From contig CAWAIF010000003.1 in NCBI GenBank assembly GCA_963782055.1, positions 1,952,001 through 2,016,000 on the forward strand: a stretch of DNA of 64,000 nucleotides. Direction: 5' to 3'. The first letter of the stretch is position 1. Every line of letters begins with the position of its first letter. A program made the position numbers and the translations under genes. Of the stretch, positions 9,945 to 21,235 are shown one piece after another. A model generated the notes under the pieces. The model did no database searches. It saw nothing but the letters and a program-made list of their open reading frames with translations, and was not told where the DNA came from. The DNA is from an uncultured delta proteobacterium (GTDB lineage: Bacteria; Myxococcota_A; Polyangia; Polyangiales; Polyangiaceae).

Positions 9945-10325
9945 TTACTCGTCGCTGACGCGCATGGACTGGATCACGTGCGCGTCGGCGGTGCGCTCGT
10001 GGTTGTCGAACCAGTTCTCCAGCAGATCGATGAACATCCCCATCAGCTCGGTCTCGCGCCTGCGGCACTCCTCGCGGAGCACCCGGAGGCGCCGCAGGAA
10101 GGTGGTGTGGGCGCCGCGGTGCTCCTCGAGCTGCGTGTACCCTGCTTTTGCCATCTCCTCCTCTTCGTGCTCGAAGTGGAGGCGCACGTCCTCGAGCAGC
10201 TCGTCGACGCGCTGCGCGAGATCTTCCCAGGTCGCCCCGGTGGCGTGGGCTCGCCCGAGCGCGCTGATGTGGCTCCGGATGTGGCCGTGCTGGGCGAGGA
10301 TCCCGCGGGGTAGGTGTGGTCGCAT
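9945..10325 (-). CDS. Bacteriohemerythrin
   Basis: QH...HFEHEEEEM...EEHRGAH..F...WFDNH....D non-heme di-iron motif set. Confidence 0.85.
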   Translation of the reverse strand: MRPHLPRGILAQHGHIRSHISALGRAHATGATWEDLAQRVDELLEDVRLHFEHEEEEMAKAGYTQLEEHRGAHTTFLRRLRVLREECRRRETELMGMFIDLLENWFDNHERTADAHVIQSMRVSDE

Positions 10326-10328
10326 CTC

Positions 10329-11012
10329 TCAGGGCTTGCCGTCGGCCGGTTGCACCTCGAAGTCTTCCGTGACCTCGCCGCCGGCGCTCACCGTCACGGG
10401 CTCGGTGACCGTCGGCGCGCGCGGGACCCACGCCGTCGCCTTGTAGGTGCCGGGCGGCACGCCTTCGATGACGTACTTGCCGTCCGGGCCGATCTTGCCG
10501 AAGTAGGTGGACGGGATGACGAGCAGGTAGCCGAGCATCTCCGGGTGGATGTTGCACAGGAGCGCGACCGGGCCCGGTGTGTCGAAGGTCCTCGCGACAG
10601 GTTCCCCCTTCTTGAGGAAGCCGGTGTCCCAGCCCTTGACGTCCGGCGAGAAGACGTGATGCGGGACCGGATCGGTGTTCTCGAAGGTCGCCCTGCCGCC
10701 CGCCGTGAGCACCGCGATGAAGGGGGTGAACTCCTTGTGGTGGATGGCGATGTCCGCGGCCATCAGCTTCCCGGGCTGTCTGGGCGCGTCGTCGATGTAG
10801 ACGACGCCGCCGAGCGGAGCGGGCTTGTGAGTGGTCGAGAGCAGGACGGTGCCGACGATGCTCGGGTTGGCCGGTGCGGGGGCGGGAGCCGTCGGCGGCG
10901 CAGCACCGGAGACGGGCGCGGACGGCGCCGGGGCGCCGTTGCAGCCCGCGGCGGCGAGAACGACGGAGGTGAACATCGCGAGCCGCGGGGCCTTCAATGG
11001 GTTGGAGATCAT
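10329..11012 (-). CDS. Cupredoxin-like / carboxypeptidase-regulatory-like domain lipoprotein
   Basis: F-N-D---H-VFS, CNIHPEM copper-type motif, GKYVIEGVPPGTYKATAW; lipobox LAAAGC. Confidence 0.8.
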   Translation of the reverse strand: MISNPLKAPRLAMFTSVVLAAAGCNGAPAPSAPVSGAAPPTAPAPAPANPSIVGTVLLSTTHKPAPLGGVVYIDDAPRQPGKLMAADIAIHHKEFTPFIAVLTAGGRATFENTDPVPHHVFSPDVKGWDTGFLKKGEPVARTFDTPGPVALLCNIHPEMLGYLLVIPSTYFGKIGPDGKYVIEGVPPGTYKATAWVPRAPTVTEPVTVSAGGEVTEDFEVQPADGKP

Positions 11013-11278
11013 CTCGGGCGAGCGCTCGCAACAGTCGAGCCAGGTCTCGCGCGCGGCCCCACGCCGTACAGAGGCACCTTCCCCGTGGAGACCTGGTGCA
11101 CGCTTCGCGTCTCCATGCAGATCGTGCGCAGTCCTGCGTCGCCGGAACAGCGCGCTTGGGACAGCCTGACCCGCACGCGCGCTCGTCGTCCGGCACTCCT
11201 CCGACGGCGGAGGCCATTGCGATGCGGATGCCGCGCCACACCCCCGCCAGCCACGGCGCGGCCCGATCGCCGCGCGTA

Positions 11279-13057
11279 TCACACGACGGGGCGTGGAGCG
11301 GCGTCCTCGGTGGACGCGCGCAGCATCGACCCCCATGGGCTCCGCGCGAGGAGCGCGTCGGCGCGTGCGCGCTGCGCGAGGGAGAGCCCACCGTCGATGG
11401 CCGACGCGAACGCGTTCGCCAGCTCCGTCGCCGTCTCGAAGCGCTCGCGTGGCGCCTTGGCGAGCCCGATCGCGAGCACCCGGTCGACGTCGGCGGGCAT
11501 GGCCGCCAGCTTGGAGGGCTGGTTCGGGACGCGATAGACGACGTCGTAGAGCATGGGGGCGATGTCCTTGCCGCCAATCGCCGGGAAGCCCGTGACGGCG
11601 CGGTAGAGGATCGCCGCCAGCGCGTAGACGTCGGCGCGATGGTCCACCTCCGCGGCGCGCGCCTGCTCGGGCGCCATGTACGCCGGCGTCCCGATGATGT
11701 TACCCGCCGTGAGCGAGCCCGAGCCGTCGCCGACCTTGCTGACGCCGAAGTCGAGCAGCTTCCACACGCGGCCGCCCGGTGTCGGCCGTTCGGCGCAGAA
11801 GACGTTGTTCGGCTTGAGGTCCCGGTGGACGATGCCCTGCTTGCGCGCCGCCTCCAGCCCTGCGGCGACCTGCTCGGCGATCGCCCTGGCCTCGGGGAGG
11901 CCCAGCCGCCTCTTGGTGCGAAGCTCGTGGGCGAGATCGTGACCGCGCAGCCGCTCCATCGCGATGTACGGGAGGCCCCCGCTGGTGGCCCCCGCGTCGA
12001 AGACCCGCACCACGTTCGGGCAGTCGATGCGGGCCGTGGCGTCGGCCTCGCGCTGGAAGCGCTGCAGGTGCATCGGGTCGTCGTGGACGCCGGCTCGCAG
12101 CAGCTTGACCGCGGCGTCGCGGCGGATCGACACGTGCGCGGCCTCGTACACCTCGCCCATCGCCCCGCGCCCGATGAGCGCCCCGAGACGGTACGAGCCG
12201 ACGATCTGGTCGCTGAACTTGCCAGGCCCGCCGACCTCGCGCACGCGATCGAGCTCGGCGCGCGCCTCGGCGAGCAGCGCCTCCCGCTGCGCCACCCCGC
12301 GCACGGCCTGCTCGAGCTTGGAGACCGCGCGCAGCGTGGCTTGCTGGCTCAGGCGCGCCGTCACGAACGCGACGAGGTACAAAAACTCGACGATGACGAG
12401 GAGCGCGACGCCGTCGAGTACGCTGAGCGAGGTCATGCGTACGAGCCCGCGATCCGGGATGACGTGCGCGAGGATCCCGACGCCGAGCAGCCCGTGCGCC
12501 ACCGCCACGACGACGTAGTTGACGGTGGTGATGAGGGAGTCGGCGCCGAGGCTGAAGAAGTAGATGCCGAAGACGAGCAGGCCGCTCACCGGCGAGACCG
12601 TCCCCCAGTAGTAGATGCCCGCGATCGCGCCGAACAGGACCGGCAGCCCGGGGAGGACGATGCGTCGCTGGTCGTAGCGCGCCGGCTTCAGGGCGAAGAC
12701 GAGGATGTAGATGGCGCCCAGCGCCGAGGCGACCGACCCGGCGACGACGACGGCCTTCGCGATGGGATCGCCCTTCGAGCTCAGCGCAACGACGATGCCT
12801 CCGAGCGTCAGCGCGAGGGCCACGCGGAAGAAGACGCGCGAGCGGTCCATCTCCTCGAGGCGCATGGTCTCGATCGGTGAGGTGACGGTCGCGTGCGACG
12901 CGCTCGCGGGCGCCGGCGTCATCGACGGGGGCGCGTCCGCGATCGTGGAATCGGCGCGCTCCTCGACGCGCGCAGCGTCGCCGTGAAGATGGACGGTGGG
13001 GCCTTCGGTGTCGTCCACGCGGGGCGCATTCGAGCGCACTTTCGCGCGGAACTCCAT
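11279..13057 (-). CDS. Multi-pass membrane Ser/Thr protein kinase
   Basis: IGRGAMGEVY, AAVK, HRDLKPNN, DFG, GTPAYMAPE, DVYALA; several TM helices precede the kinase. ATG overlaps the upstream TGA at 13057. Confidence 0.9.
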   Translation of the reverse strand: MEFRAKVRSNAPRVDDTEGPTVHLHGDAARVEERADSTIADAPPSMTPAPASASHATVTSPIETMRLEEMDRSRVFFRVALALTLGGIVVALSSKGDPIAKAVVVAGSVASALGAIYILVFALKPARYDQRRIVLPGLPVLFGAIAGIYYWGTVSPVSGLLVFGIYFFSLGADSLITTVNYVVVAVAHGLLGVGILAHVIPDRGLVRMTSLSVLDGVALLVIVEFLYLVAFVTARLSQQATLRAVSKLEQAVRGVAQREALLAEARAELDRVREVGGPGKFSDQIVGSYRLGALIGRGAMGEVYEAAHVSIRRDAAVKLLRAGVHDDPMHLQRFQREADATARIDCPNVVRVFDAGATSGGLPYIAMERLRGHDLAHELRTKRRLGLPEARAIAEQVAAGLEAARKQGIVHRDLKPNNVFCAERPTPGGRVWKLLDFGVSKVGDGSGSLTAGNIIGTPAYMAPEQARAAEVDHRADVYALAAILYRAVTGFPAIGGKDIAPMLYDVVYRVPNQPSKLAAMPADVDRVLAIGLAKAPRERFETATELANAFASAIDGGLSLAQRARADALLARSPWGSMLRASTEDAAPRPVV

Positions 13058-13692
13058 CACCGCTTGGTCGACGGCTGGGCGGGCAGCTCGCGGCGGCGCG
13101 ACAGACAGAGCCATCCGCGGGGCGCCTCGTCGTCGAGGTTCACGCCGAAGGGCACCCCCCGGAGCGTCACCACCTCGAGTGCCGGCTCGACGGCGGCGGC
13201 GATGTCGCGGACCGAACGACGGGGCGGGCCCACGTCGCGCGGGGCGCCCTCGGTGCTGCCGACGAGGCTGAGCCAGAGGCCGGCGGGCGCGAGGAGCGCG
13301 GCGACGCGGCCCGCGAACCGCGCTCGCCGCTCGGCATCGTCGAAGACGTGGAAGCAGCCGCGGTCGAAGACGAAGTCGAAGGGCCCCGCAGGCGGATCGC
13401 CGCTCAAGAAGTCGACGACCTCCAGCCGGCACGGGCGGCCCGCGGCGGCGGCGCGGGCGCGCGCCTTCTGGATGGCGAGCGGCGAGAGGTCGACGCCCAG
13501 CACGTCGAAGCCTTGCTCGGCGAGCCACACCGCGTTCGTCCCTGTCCCGCAGCCGACCTCCAGCGCTCGCCCGGGCGGGACCGTGCCGGCGCGCACCATC
13601 TCCACCAGGTGGTCGTCCGGCCGCCCCGTATCCCACGGCGGCGGTTCGCCTTCGGCGTAGCGCGCGTTCCAGTCCGGTTGCGTCATGTCCAT
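13057..13692 (-). CDS. Class I SAM-dependent methyltransferase (TPMT-like)
   Basis: W-ARY..PWD, ALEVGCGTGTNA, GVDLS, FDFVFDRGCFH. Confidence 0.85.
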   Translation of the reverse strand: MDMTQPDWNARYAEGEPPPWDTGRPDDHLVEMVRAGTVPPGRALEVGCGTGTNAVWLAEQGFDVLGVDLSPLAIQKARARAAAAGRPCRLEVVDFLSGDPPAGPFDFVFDRGCFHVFDDAERRARFAGRVAALLAPAGLWLSLVGSTEGAPRDVGPPRRSVRDIAAAVEPALEVVTLRGVPFGVNLDDEAPRGWLCLSRRRELPAQPSTKR

Positions 13693-13804
13693 CCCGGTAC
13701 CCCGGGGGCGGGTGCTCGTCCAGCGTCGCCCTCGAAGCCAGCGCACCCGACGCCCACCAAAAGGCTGGGGTCGCTCGCGCCACCACGATAAAGGTGGTGG
13801 CGGA

Positions 13805-16045
13805 ATGACCGACGCCCAAGGTCTCGCGCCTCCCCCGCCCGGTCCCGAGCGCCACCTCGGCCTCGTCGGTGCCACCGGCGTCGGCATCGGCGCGATCGTG
13901 GGCGGCGGCATCCTGGCGCTGGCGGGTAGCGCTCTCGCGCTCACCGGGCCGAGCGCGATCCTGGCGTTCGGCCTGAACGGCGTCCTCGCGGTGATCACGG
14001 CGGTGAGCTTCGCGGAGATGTCGACGGCGTTCCCCGAGTCCGGCGGCACATACACCTTCGCCAAGAAGCTGTTCAGCGTGCGCACCGCCTTCGCCGTCGG
14101 CTGGATTGCCTGGTTCGCGTACATCGCGGCCGGCGTCCTCTACGCGCTCGGGGCCTCGACGTACGGCCTGTTGTTCGTGCGAAGCGTGCTCGCGCTGTTC
14201 GGCGTGCACCACGTGGCGTCGCTGTCCGGGCGGGGCGCCGCGATCGGCGTCGCGTGCCTCACCACCGCCTTCTACACCTGGCGCCAGATCCGCCGCGCCT
14301 CGGGCGGCGGCCAGTGGGAGACGTGGGGGAAGGTGGCGCTCTTCGCGCTGCTCATCGTGACGGGCGCCTTCGTGTACCTCGAGCAACCGGCCGGCGTGAC
14401 CATGCGCACGATGCGGCCGTTCTTCGCGCACGGCGCGTCGGGACTGCTCGGCGCCACGGGCGTGACGTTCATCGCGCTCCAGGGCTTCGACCTCATCGCG
14501 GCCGTCGGCGGCGAGGTGAAGGATCCGCGGCGCACGATTCCGAGGGCCATGCTGGGATCGCTCGGCGCCGCGCTGTGCATCTACATCCCGCTGCTGTTCA
14601 TCATCGTGACGATAGGCGCGCCCGCCGGCAAGACCATCGTCGAGCTCAGCCGCCACCAGCCGGACACGCTGATGGCGGCGGCCGTCGAGCAGTACCTCGG
14701 ACGAACCGGGTACTGGATCGTGCTCGTCGCCGCGATCCTGTCGATGGTGTCGGCGCTCAACGCCAACCTGCTGGCCGCCTCGCGCGTGGCGCTCACGATG
14801 GCCCAGGATCGAACGCTGCCGAGCGTCATCGGCCAGGTGCACGCGCGCAACAAGACGCCGGTGATGGCCGTCTACACGAGCGGTCTGGCGCTGGTGGCGA
14901 TCGTCCTGATGGTCCCGGACGTCGCATCGGCGGGCGCCGCCGCGAGCTTGATCTTCCTCATCTGCTTCGCGTTCGCGCACGCCATGGCGTTCGTGGCGCG
15001 CCGGCGCAACGCGCTGGGCGGGGGTTTCCGCGCGCCCTACTTCCCGCTGTTTCCGGTGGTCGGAGGCCTGGGCTGCGCCGGGCTCGCCGTGTACCAGGGC
15101 TTCGCGGTCCCGCAGTCCGGGGTGATCGCCCTCATCTGGCTCGGGCTCGGCGTGCTCCTTTATTTCGGGCTCTTCGCCAACCGCGCCCAGACCGTCGACG
15201 CGCTGGCCGAAGCCTACAATCCCACCTTGCTGCGGCTCCGCGGCAGGAGCCCGCTGGTGCTGGTACCCATCGCGAACCCGAGGAGCGCGCACGCTCTCAG
15301 CGAGATCGCTCACGCGCTCGCGCCGCCGGGGTACGGCCGCGTGCTCCTGCTGAACGTCGTCCCGCCGCTCGAGGCCGAGGGTGAGGACGCGCACGGCACG
15401 CTGCGCGCGCTGCAGGAGGTGCTCACGCCCGCGCTGCGCGGGGCGCTCGCGTCGGGCCAGGCGCCGGAGGCCCTGCTGACGATCGCGCCCGCGCCGTGGG
15501 ACGAGATCGCGCGCGTCGCCGGCGAGCACGCCTGCGAGAGCGTGCTGCTCGGCTACGGCGTGGCCGCCGGCGCGCCGTCGCGCGATCTCGAGCCGCTGCT
15601 CAATCGTCTCAGCTCCGACGTCGCCTTCCTGCGCGCGCCCGACGGCTGGCGGCCGGCCGACGTCGAGCGCATCGTGGTGCCGATCGGCGGGCGCGGCGGC
15701 CAGCACGAGCTGCGCGCGCGGCTGCTCGGCAGCCTGGCTCGCGACGCGCGGCGCAAGGTCGTCTACCTGAGCGTCGTGCGCCCCGACGCTTCACCGCGCG
15801 ACGTGAAGCTCGCCGAGCAGGTCGTCAAGCGCCTCGCGAGCGACGAGACCGGCGGTATCGCGACCTTCGAGCTCGTGCGCGGCACGGATCTCGGACAGGT
15901 GATGAGCCAGCAGGTGGGCCACAACGACTTGATGGTCCTCGGCCTCCAGCAGCTGCCCGGCGGGCGCAAGGTGTTCGGCAACGCCACGCAGAAGATCCTG
16001 AAGGCCACCTCCGCGCCCGCGATCATGATCAGTCGCGGGCGCTGA
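13805..16045 (+). CDS. APC-family amino acid permease with C-terminal USP-like domains
   Basis: GAIVGGGI, FAEMSTAFPESGGTY, GFDLIAAVGGEVKDPRRTIP, ASRV..MAQD..LP; C-terminal LVPIANP and IVVPIGG USP-like segments. Confidence 0.9.
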   Translation: MTDAQGLAPPPPGPERHLGLVGATGVGIGAIVGGGILALAGSALALTGPSAILAFGLNGVLAVITAVSFAEMSTAFPESGGTYTFAKKLFSVRTAFAVGWIAWFAYIAAGVLYALGASTYGLLFVRSVLALFGVHHVASLSGRGAAIGVACLTTAFYTWRQIRRASGGGQWETWGKVALFALLIVTGAFVYLEQPAGVTMRTMRPFFAHGASGLLGATGVTFIALQGFDLIAAVGGEVKDPRRTIPRAMLGSLGAALCIYIPLLFIIVTIGAPAGKTIVELSRHQPDTLMAAAVEQYLGRTGYWIVLVAAILSMVSALNANLLAASRVALTMAQDRTLPSVIGQVHARNKTPVMAVYTSGLALVAIVLMVPDVASAGAAASLIFLICFAFAHAMAFVARRRNALGGGFRAPYFPLFPVVGGLGCAGLAVYQGFAVPQSGVIALIWLGLGVLLYFGLFANRAQTVDALAEAYNPTLLRLRGRSPLVLVPIANPRSAHALSEIAHALAPPGYGRVLLLNVVPPLEAEGEDAHGTLRALQEVLTPALRGALASGQAPEALLTIAPAPWDEIARVAGEHACESVLLGYGVAAGAPSRDLEPLLNRLSSDVAFLRAPDGWRPADVERIVVPIGGRGGQHELRARLLGSLARDARRKVVYLSVVRPDASPRDVKLAEQVVKRLASDETGGIATFELVRGTDLGQVMSQQVGHNDLMVLGLQQLPGGRKVFGNATQKILKATSAPAIMISRGR

Positions 16046-16113
16046 GCGCGTCGCCGGAAAATTCTCGCCCCCGTTCGCAATCACCGGCGCTGATCCGGTA
16101 CGCTCGAGAGTTC

Positions 16114-19100
16114 GTGGCCAAGGACGGGAAATTCGGCACATTCGGCGGAGTTTTTACCCCCAGCATCCTGACGATCCTGGGCGTCATCATGTACCTGCGC
16201 CTGCCGTGGGTGGTGGGCAGCGGGGGCCTGTACGTCGCGCTCGGCATCATCGCGGTCTCCCACGTCATCAGCATCAGCACCGGGCTCAGCATCTCCAGCA
16301 TCGCCACCAACAAGAAGGTCGGCGCCGGCGGTCCCTACTACATCGTGTCGCGAAGCCTCGGGCTGCCGATAGGCGGCACGCTGGGTGTCGCCCTCTTCAC
16401 GGGCCTGGCGTTCAGCGTGAGCTTGTACGTGATCGGCTTCTCGGAGAGCTTCCTCAGCTACCTGCACATCGGGCTCACCCCCTCGGCGATCCGGATCTGC
16501 GGCAGCGTCGTCCTGGTGCTGCTCACCACCGTCACGCTGATCAGCACCGAGTTCGCGATCAAGACGCAGTACCTGATCCTGCTGGCGATCGTGCTCTCGC
16601 TGATCAGCGTGTTTCTGGGGTCCTGGACGCCGGTGGCGGGCGCCGGTCCCGCGGTTGCCCCGAAGCACGCGGCGCCGATCGCCGTGCTGTTCGGCATCTT
16701 CTTCCCCGCGGTCACCGGCTTCACCGCCGGTGTGAACATGTCCGGCGATCTGAGGAACGCCAAGAAGAGCATCCCGATCGGGACGATGCTCGCCATCGTC
16801 GTCGGGGCCGTCGTCTACGTCGGCCTCGCCATCTTTCTGGCCCACCGCGTGCCGGCGAAGGCGCTCGTCCAGGATCAGGACGTCCTCATCCACCTCGCCT
16901 CGATCCCCGCGTTCGTGGTGGCGGGCATCTGGGGAGCCACTCTCTCCAGCGCGATCGGCAGCATCATGGGGGCGCCGCGCATCCTGCAGGCTCTGAGCAT
17001 CGACGGCATCACCCCCCGCTGGTTCGGGCGCGGCTACGGCAAGGCCAACGAGCCGCGAAACGCGCTCGTCCTGGCGGTGGCCATCGCCGAGGGAGGCATC
17101 CTGATCGCCCAGCTCGACGCCATCGCCCGCATCGTCTCGATGGTGTTCCTGGCCACCTACGGGTTCTTGAACTTGAGCGCGGCGATCGAGAGCTGGGTCA
17201 GCCCCGACTTCAGGCCTTCGTTCCGCATTCCCAAGCTCGTCAGCATCGTCGGCGCCGTCACGGCGGTGCTGGTGATGATCAAGCTCGACATCCTGGCGAT
17301 GGCCGGCGCCACGCTGCTGATGGCGGGGCTCTTCTTCTACCTGCAGCGCAAGCGCCTGGAGCTGGAGGCGGGCGACGCCTGGGCCGGGATCTGGTCGTCG
17401 CTCATCCGCGCCGGGCTCGCCCGGATCAGCCGCCAGAGCGAGCGGAAGCGCAACTGGCGCCCCATCATCATGCTGTTCCGCTCGCCGGACTCGCCGGCGC
17501 GGGGCGCGCTTCGCGACATCGCGCGGGCGCTGGTCTCCGAGAACGGGATCGTCACCGACTTCGAGCTCTACGACCCGGCCTCCCCCGCGCCGAGCGCGAC
17601 GCCGTCTGCCGCGAGCGAGGTGGACGACGCGCGGCTCGGCGTGTTCGACAAGAAGCTACCCTGCAAGGACCGCTACGAGGCCATCGAGAACGTGTGCCGC
17701 TACCACGGCTTCGCCGCGCTCGAGCCCAACACCCTGCTCGGCCCATCGACACGGTCCCGAGCGCTTCTCCGATCTGCTCGATCGGGTGTCCGAACGGGAC
17801 TTCAACATCCTGCTGTTCGATCCCGCACCCGAGCAGGCGCCCAAGCGCCGCATCGACGTGTGGTGGAGCGTCAACGCGGGCAATCTCGGCTTGAGCATCG
17901 CTCTCTTGCGCTTCATCACCCGCGAGCCGGGCTGGGAGCGTGCCAGCCTGCGGCTGGTGCTGCTCAGCCCCGACAGCTCCGCGAACGACAACCTGCGCAG
18001 CGCCGCGCGCCACTTGCTCGCCGAGGCGCGGTTCGACGCGAGCATTCACGTGGTCAACGACACGCTGCAGGAGAAGATCTTCGAGGACTGGGTGCTCGAG
18101 GAGTCCGCCGAAGCCGACCTCACGCTGGTCGGGTTGCCCAACGATCCCGGGCAGGTGACGCCCGAGTACCAGTCGCGGATCGACCACCTGGTGGAGACGC
18201 TGCGCGGGGTGCTGCTGTTTCGCGCGTCGAGCATGTTCGACGAGTCGCTGCACGTCGCGCGTGAGGCCTCGGTGTCCTTCCACCCGCCGCCCATGGGAGA
18301 CGAGGGGCGCGCCGCCTTGCCCGAGCTCGTGCTGCCCCAGACGCCGGACCTGGCCGACGTCGTGTCGGAGCTCGCCGATGGGTACCGGCACCTGGTCACC
18401 CGGTTTCACGAGGACTGCGTGCAACGCATCCACGCGCGCCACGTCGAGCTGGTCCGCAGCATCATCGCGCCGATGGACACCTACTTCGACGCGCTCACCA
18501 GGGCGGTCGAGGTCGGCAACGTGAGAAGGTTCCGGAGCGCCCAGCAGCGCGCAGAGGGCGTGCTGCTGGAGGACTGCCGGGCGGCCGTCGCCGCCTTCGC
18601 CGAGAAGCATCTGGACGAGCAGCACGGCATCCTCACCGAGCGCATCGACGCCTTCTTGAGCGACGGCCGCGTCGTGGACCGGCGGCGCAAGCCGGAGGAC
18701 CTCGTCGTCCATCGCCGTCGCGAGGACTTCGAGCCGCGCGCGAAGGACTCCGACCACGTGCGCGCCTTCAAGCTGCGTCGCAGACTCGTCGCGCGCTTCC
18801 GGCGCGGCAAGGAGGTGACGTATCGCGTCCCGCTCTCGGCGCTGAAGGACTACTACTTCCACGTGGCCGTTCACGACGGCCTGGCCGTGGCCGCCCGCCA
18901 GCTCGAGACCGACACGCATCAGCTCATGATCGCGCTCGGCAAGGTGCTCGACTCCGTCCAGGCGCCGCCCAGCGCCGAGCCCGAGGCGCTCTTGGCGGCC
19001 ATCGAGGAGCAGCATCGCCGGGTCGTGGGGCGGCTGCAGGGGCTGGTGCGGCGCGCCAAGGAGCACGCCAGCGGTCTCCAGTGGTCCCTGCTCGTGACGG

Positions 19101-21235
19101 CCCGGCAGGTCGCCGTCGGGCTCGCGGCCGACCTCGATCGACTGGACGTTCGCCGCCTGATCAAGAAGGAGCGCCGCGTCCCCCGGGACGCCGCGACGCT
19201 GCGCTCCGAGCTCCGGGAGCTGCCGGCGCGTTGGAAGGAGAGTCAGGCGCGTCTGGTGGAGCTGGACGAGCTCGCGCTCCGGCTCTCGTCATTTCAGCAC
19301 CGCCTGACCGCCGCGGTCACGAGCGAGCACGAGGCGATGCTGCGGGAGGTCAACGACGGCGTCCTTCGTCGCTGCAAGGAGGTCGAGGCGGAGCTCGTCG
19401 GCTACCTGGAGCAGCTCGCGGTCGCGCCCCCGGCGGCCGTACCGCGGCTCGGCGCGCCGCACGACTTCAGCGCGGCGCTGGAGGTGCGCCCGCTGGTGGA
19501 GGCCGTGCTGCGCAAGGGGGGCGAGCTGGCGCTGGAGCTGCCCGAGACGCTCTCGGCGCTGAGCGCCGAGTCGGTCCGCGCCCTGGAGGAGGGCCGCGCT
19601 GACTCGCCGGAGATGACGGAGCTGCCGGTGCGTCGGCTGGTCCAGTTCCTGGTGGAATCCAAGTTCGTGGGGGCGTTGCAGGAGGAGCTGGCGAAGATCC
19701 CCAAGACGGAGCAGCGAGCCGCCGGGGTCGCGCAGGACGCGCTGCGTCTCGTCCGTTTCCAGATCGGCGAGGTGGACGCCGCGGAGGCCGCCGAGCGCGC
19801 CACCTTGCGCGAGCAGCTCGTCCCCGTCGTGCAGAACGGCCTCGAGCGCCTGCGCGCGGAGATCGCGCGCCTCACCGAGTTGATGCCTCAGGTGACCGCC
19901 GCCTTCGGCAAGGAGCTCGAGAGCGTGGTGGAGGGCACGAACGCCTACGACCTCGGCGCCACCTCGCAGAACCTCGAGCAGCACATCCGGCTCCATCAAG
20001 GGCGGGCCGCCGTGAGCGGCGCGCGGGGGCTGCTGCGGCGCAGCGTGGGCACGGCCCGGCGGGCGCTGGTGGACCTCACCTATCGCAAGAGCGAGGGCGT
20101 GCTGCTGGCGCGCCAGCTCGGGGACGCCGCGCGTCACGATGGGGCGCTGACCGATCGCCTGGCGTCCTTCGTCCACGACAACACGCCCAGGCCGGAGGTG
20201 CTCGAGGCGCTTCCCTTCTATTACCGCCAGCTCTTCTTCGGGCAGTCCGCGCTGTCGGACGCGTTCTGGGTGGGGCGCAGCAAGGAGCTCGTCCGCGCGG
20301 AGCAGGCCGTGGCCGCGTTCCGTCGCGGCGCACGGGGCGCCGTGATCGTCACCGGGCCTCGGGGGTCGGGCAAGACGACGCTGGCGCAGCGCATCGTCTC
20401 GGAGCTGCTCACCGGTCGCGAGGTGGTGCGGGTGCAACCCCGGCCCGGAGGCTCCATCCAGCTCAAGCGCTTCGACGCCGCGGTCGCCAAGGCCCGCGAT
20501 GCGTCCGGCACCGCCGACGCGGTCGTGCGGGGGCTGCCCGACGGGAGCGTCGTGCTCATCGACGACCTCGAGCTCTGGTGGGAGCGAAGCGGCGAGGGGT
20601 TGGCGGTGATCGATCGCATCCTGGAGCTCGTCGATCGACACGGCGGACGCGTGCTCTTCCTCCTGTCTGTCGGGCGCCAGGCCCTGACCTTGATCGACCG
20701 CTTCCGGCCCCTGTCGGACCATGCCCTGTGCGTGCTGCGTTGCGGGCCCGTGCCGGCCGAGACCCTGAAGACCATCGTGACCTCGAGGCACGCATCCACC
20801 GGGATGAGGTTCTCTCTCGACGAGCGACCCGAAGACGAGCTCGGCGAGCTGCGCCTGGCGCGCTTGTTCTCCAGCTACTTCGATTACTCCGGCGGCGTGG
20901 TGGGGGCCGCGCTGCGCGGCTGGATCGCGCACGTGGACAAGGTCGGCGAAGACGCGCTCTCGGTGCGCGTTCCCCGTCCCGACCACTGGGAGCTGGTCGA
21001 CGAGCTGCGACGCGACTGGGTGGCGCTGCTCTTGCAGCTCCTGCTCCACAAGCAGATGTCACCCACGCGGCTGGAGCGGGTGACGGGGCTCGAGCGTCAG
21101 GCCCTGGCGCGGGAGGTCGACACCCTGCGGCGCGTCGGACTGCTGGTGGAGAGCCGCAAGCGCGTGCTCGAGCTCAATCCCTTCGTCGTCCACATCGTGG
21201 CCGCGAGGTTCGTGAGGCAGGGGTTGCTGGCATGA
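16114..21235 (+). pseudogene. Cation-chloride cotransporter (SLC12-like) fused to a long helical region and P-loop ATPase; frameshift near 17740
   Basis: KFGTFGGVFTPSILTILGVIMYLRLPWVVG, GGPYYIVSRSLG, FFPAVTG, SGDL, PDFRPSF and NWRP in the first frame. After EPNTLL the plausible protein continues in the +1 frame (AHRHGPERFSDLLDRVSERDFNILLFD...IDVWW) to GPRGSGKTT and VLIDDLE. Could be a real lesion or a sequence error. Confidence 0.75.

Noticed and set aside
11279..15706. 1475-aa kinase ORF as listed in the track
   Set aside because: Only 11279-13057 is the kinase; the rest overlaps the methyltransferase in another frame and is antisense to the permease.
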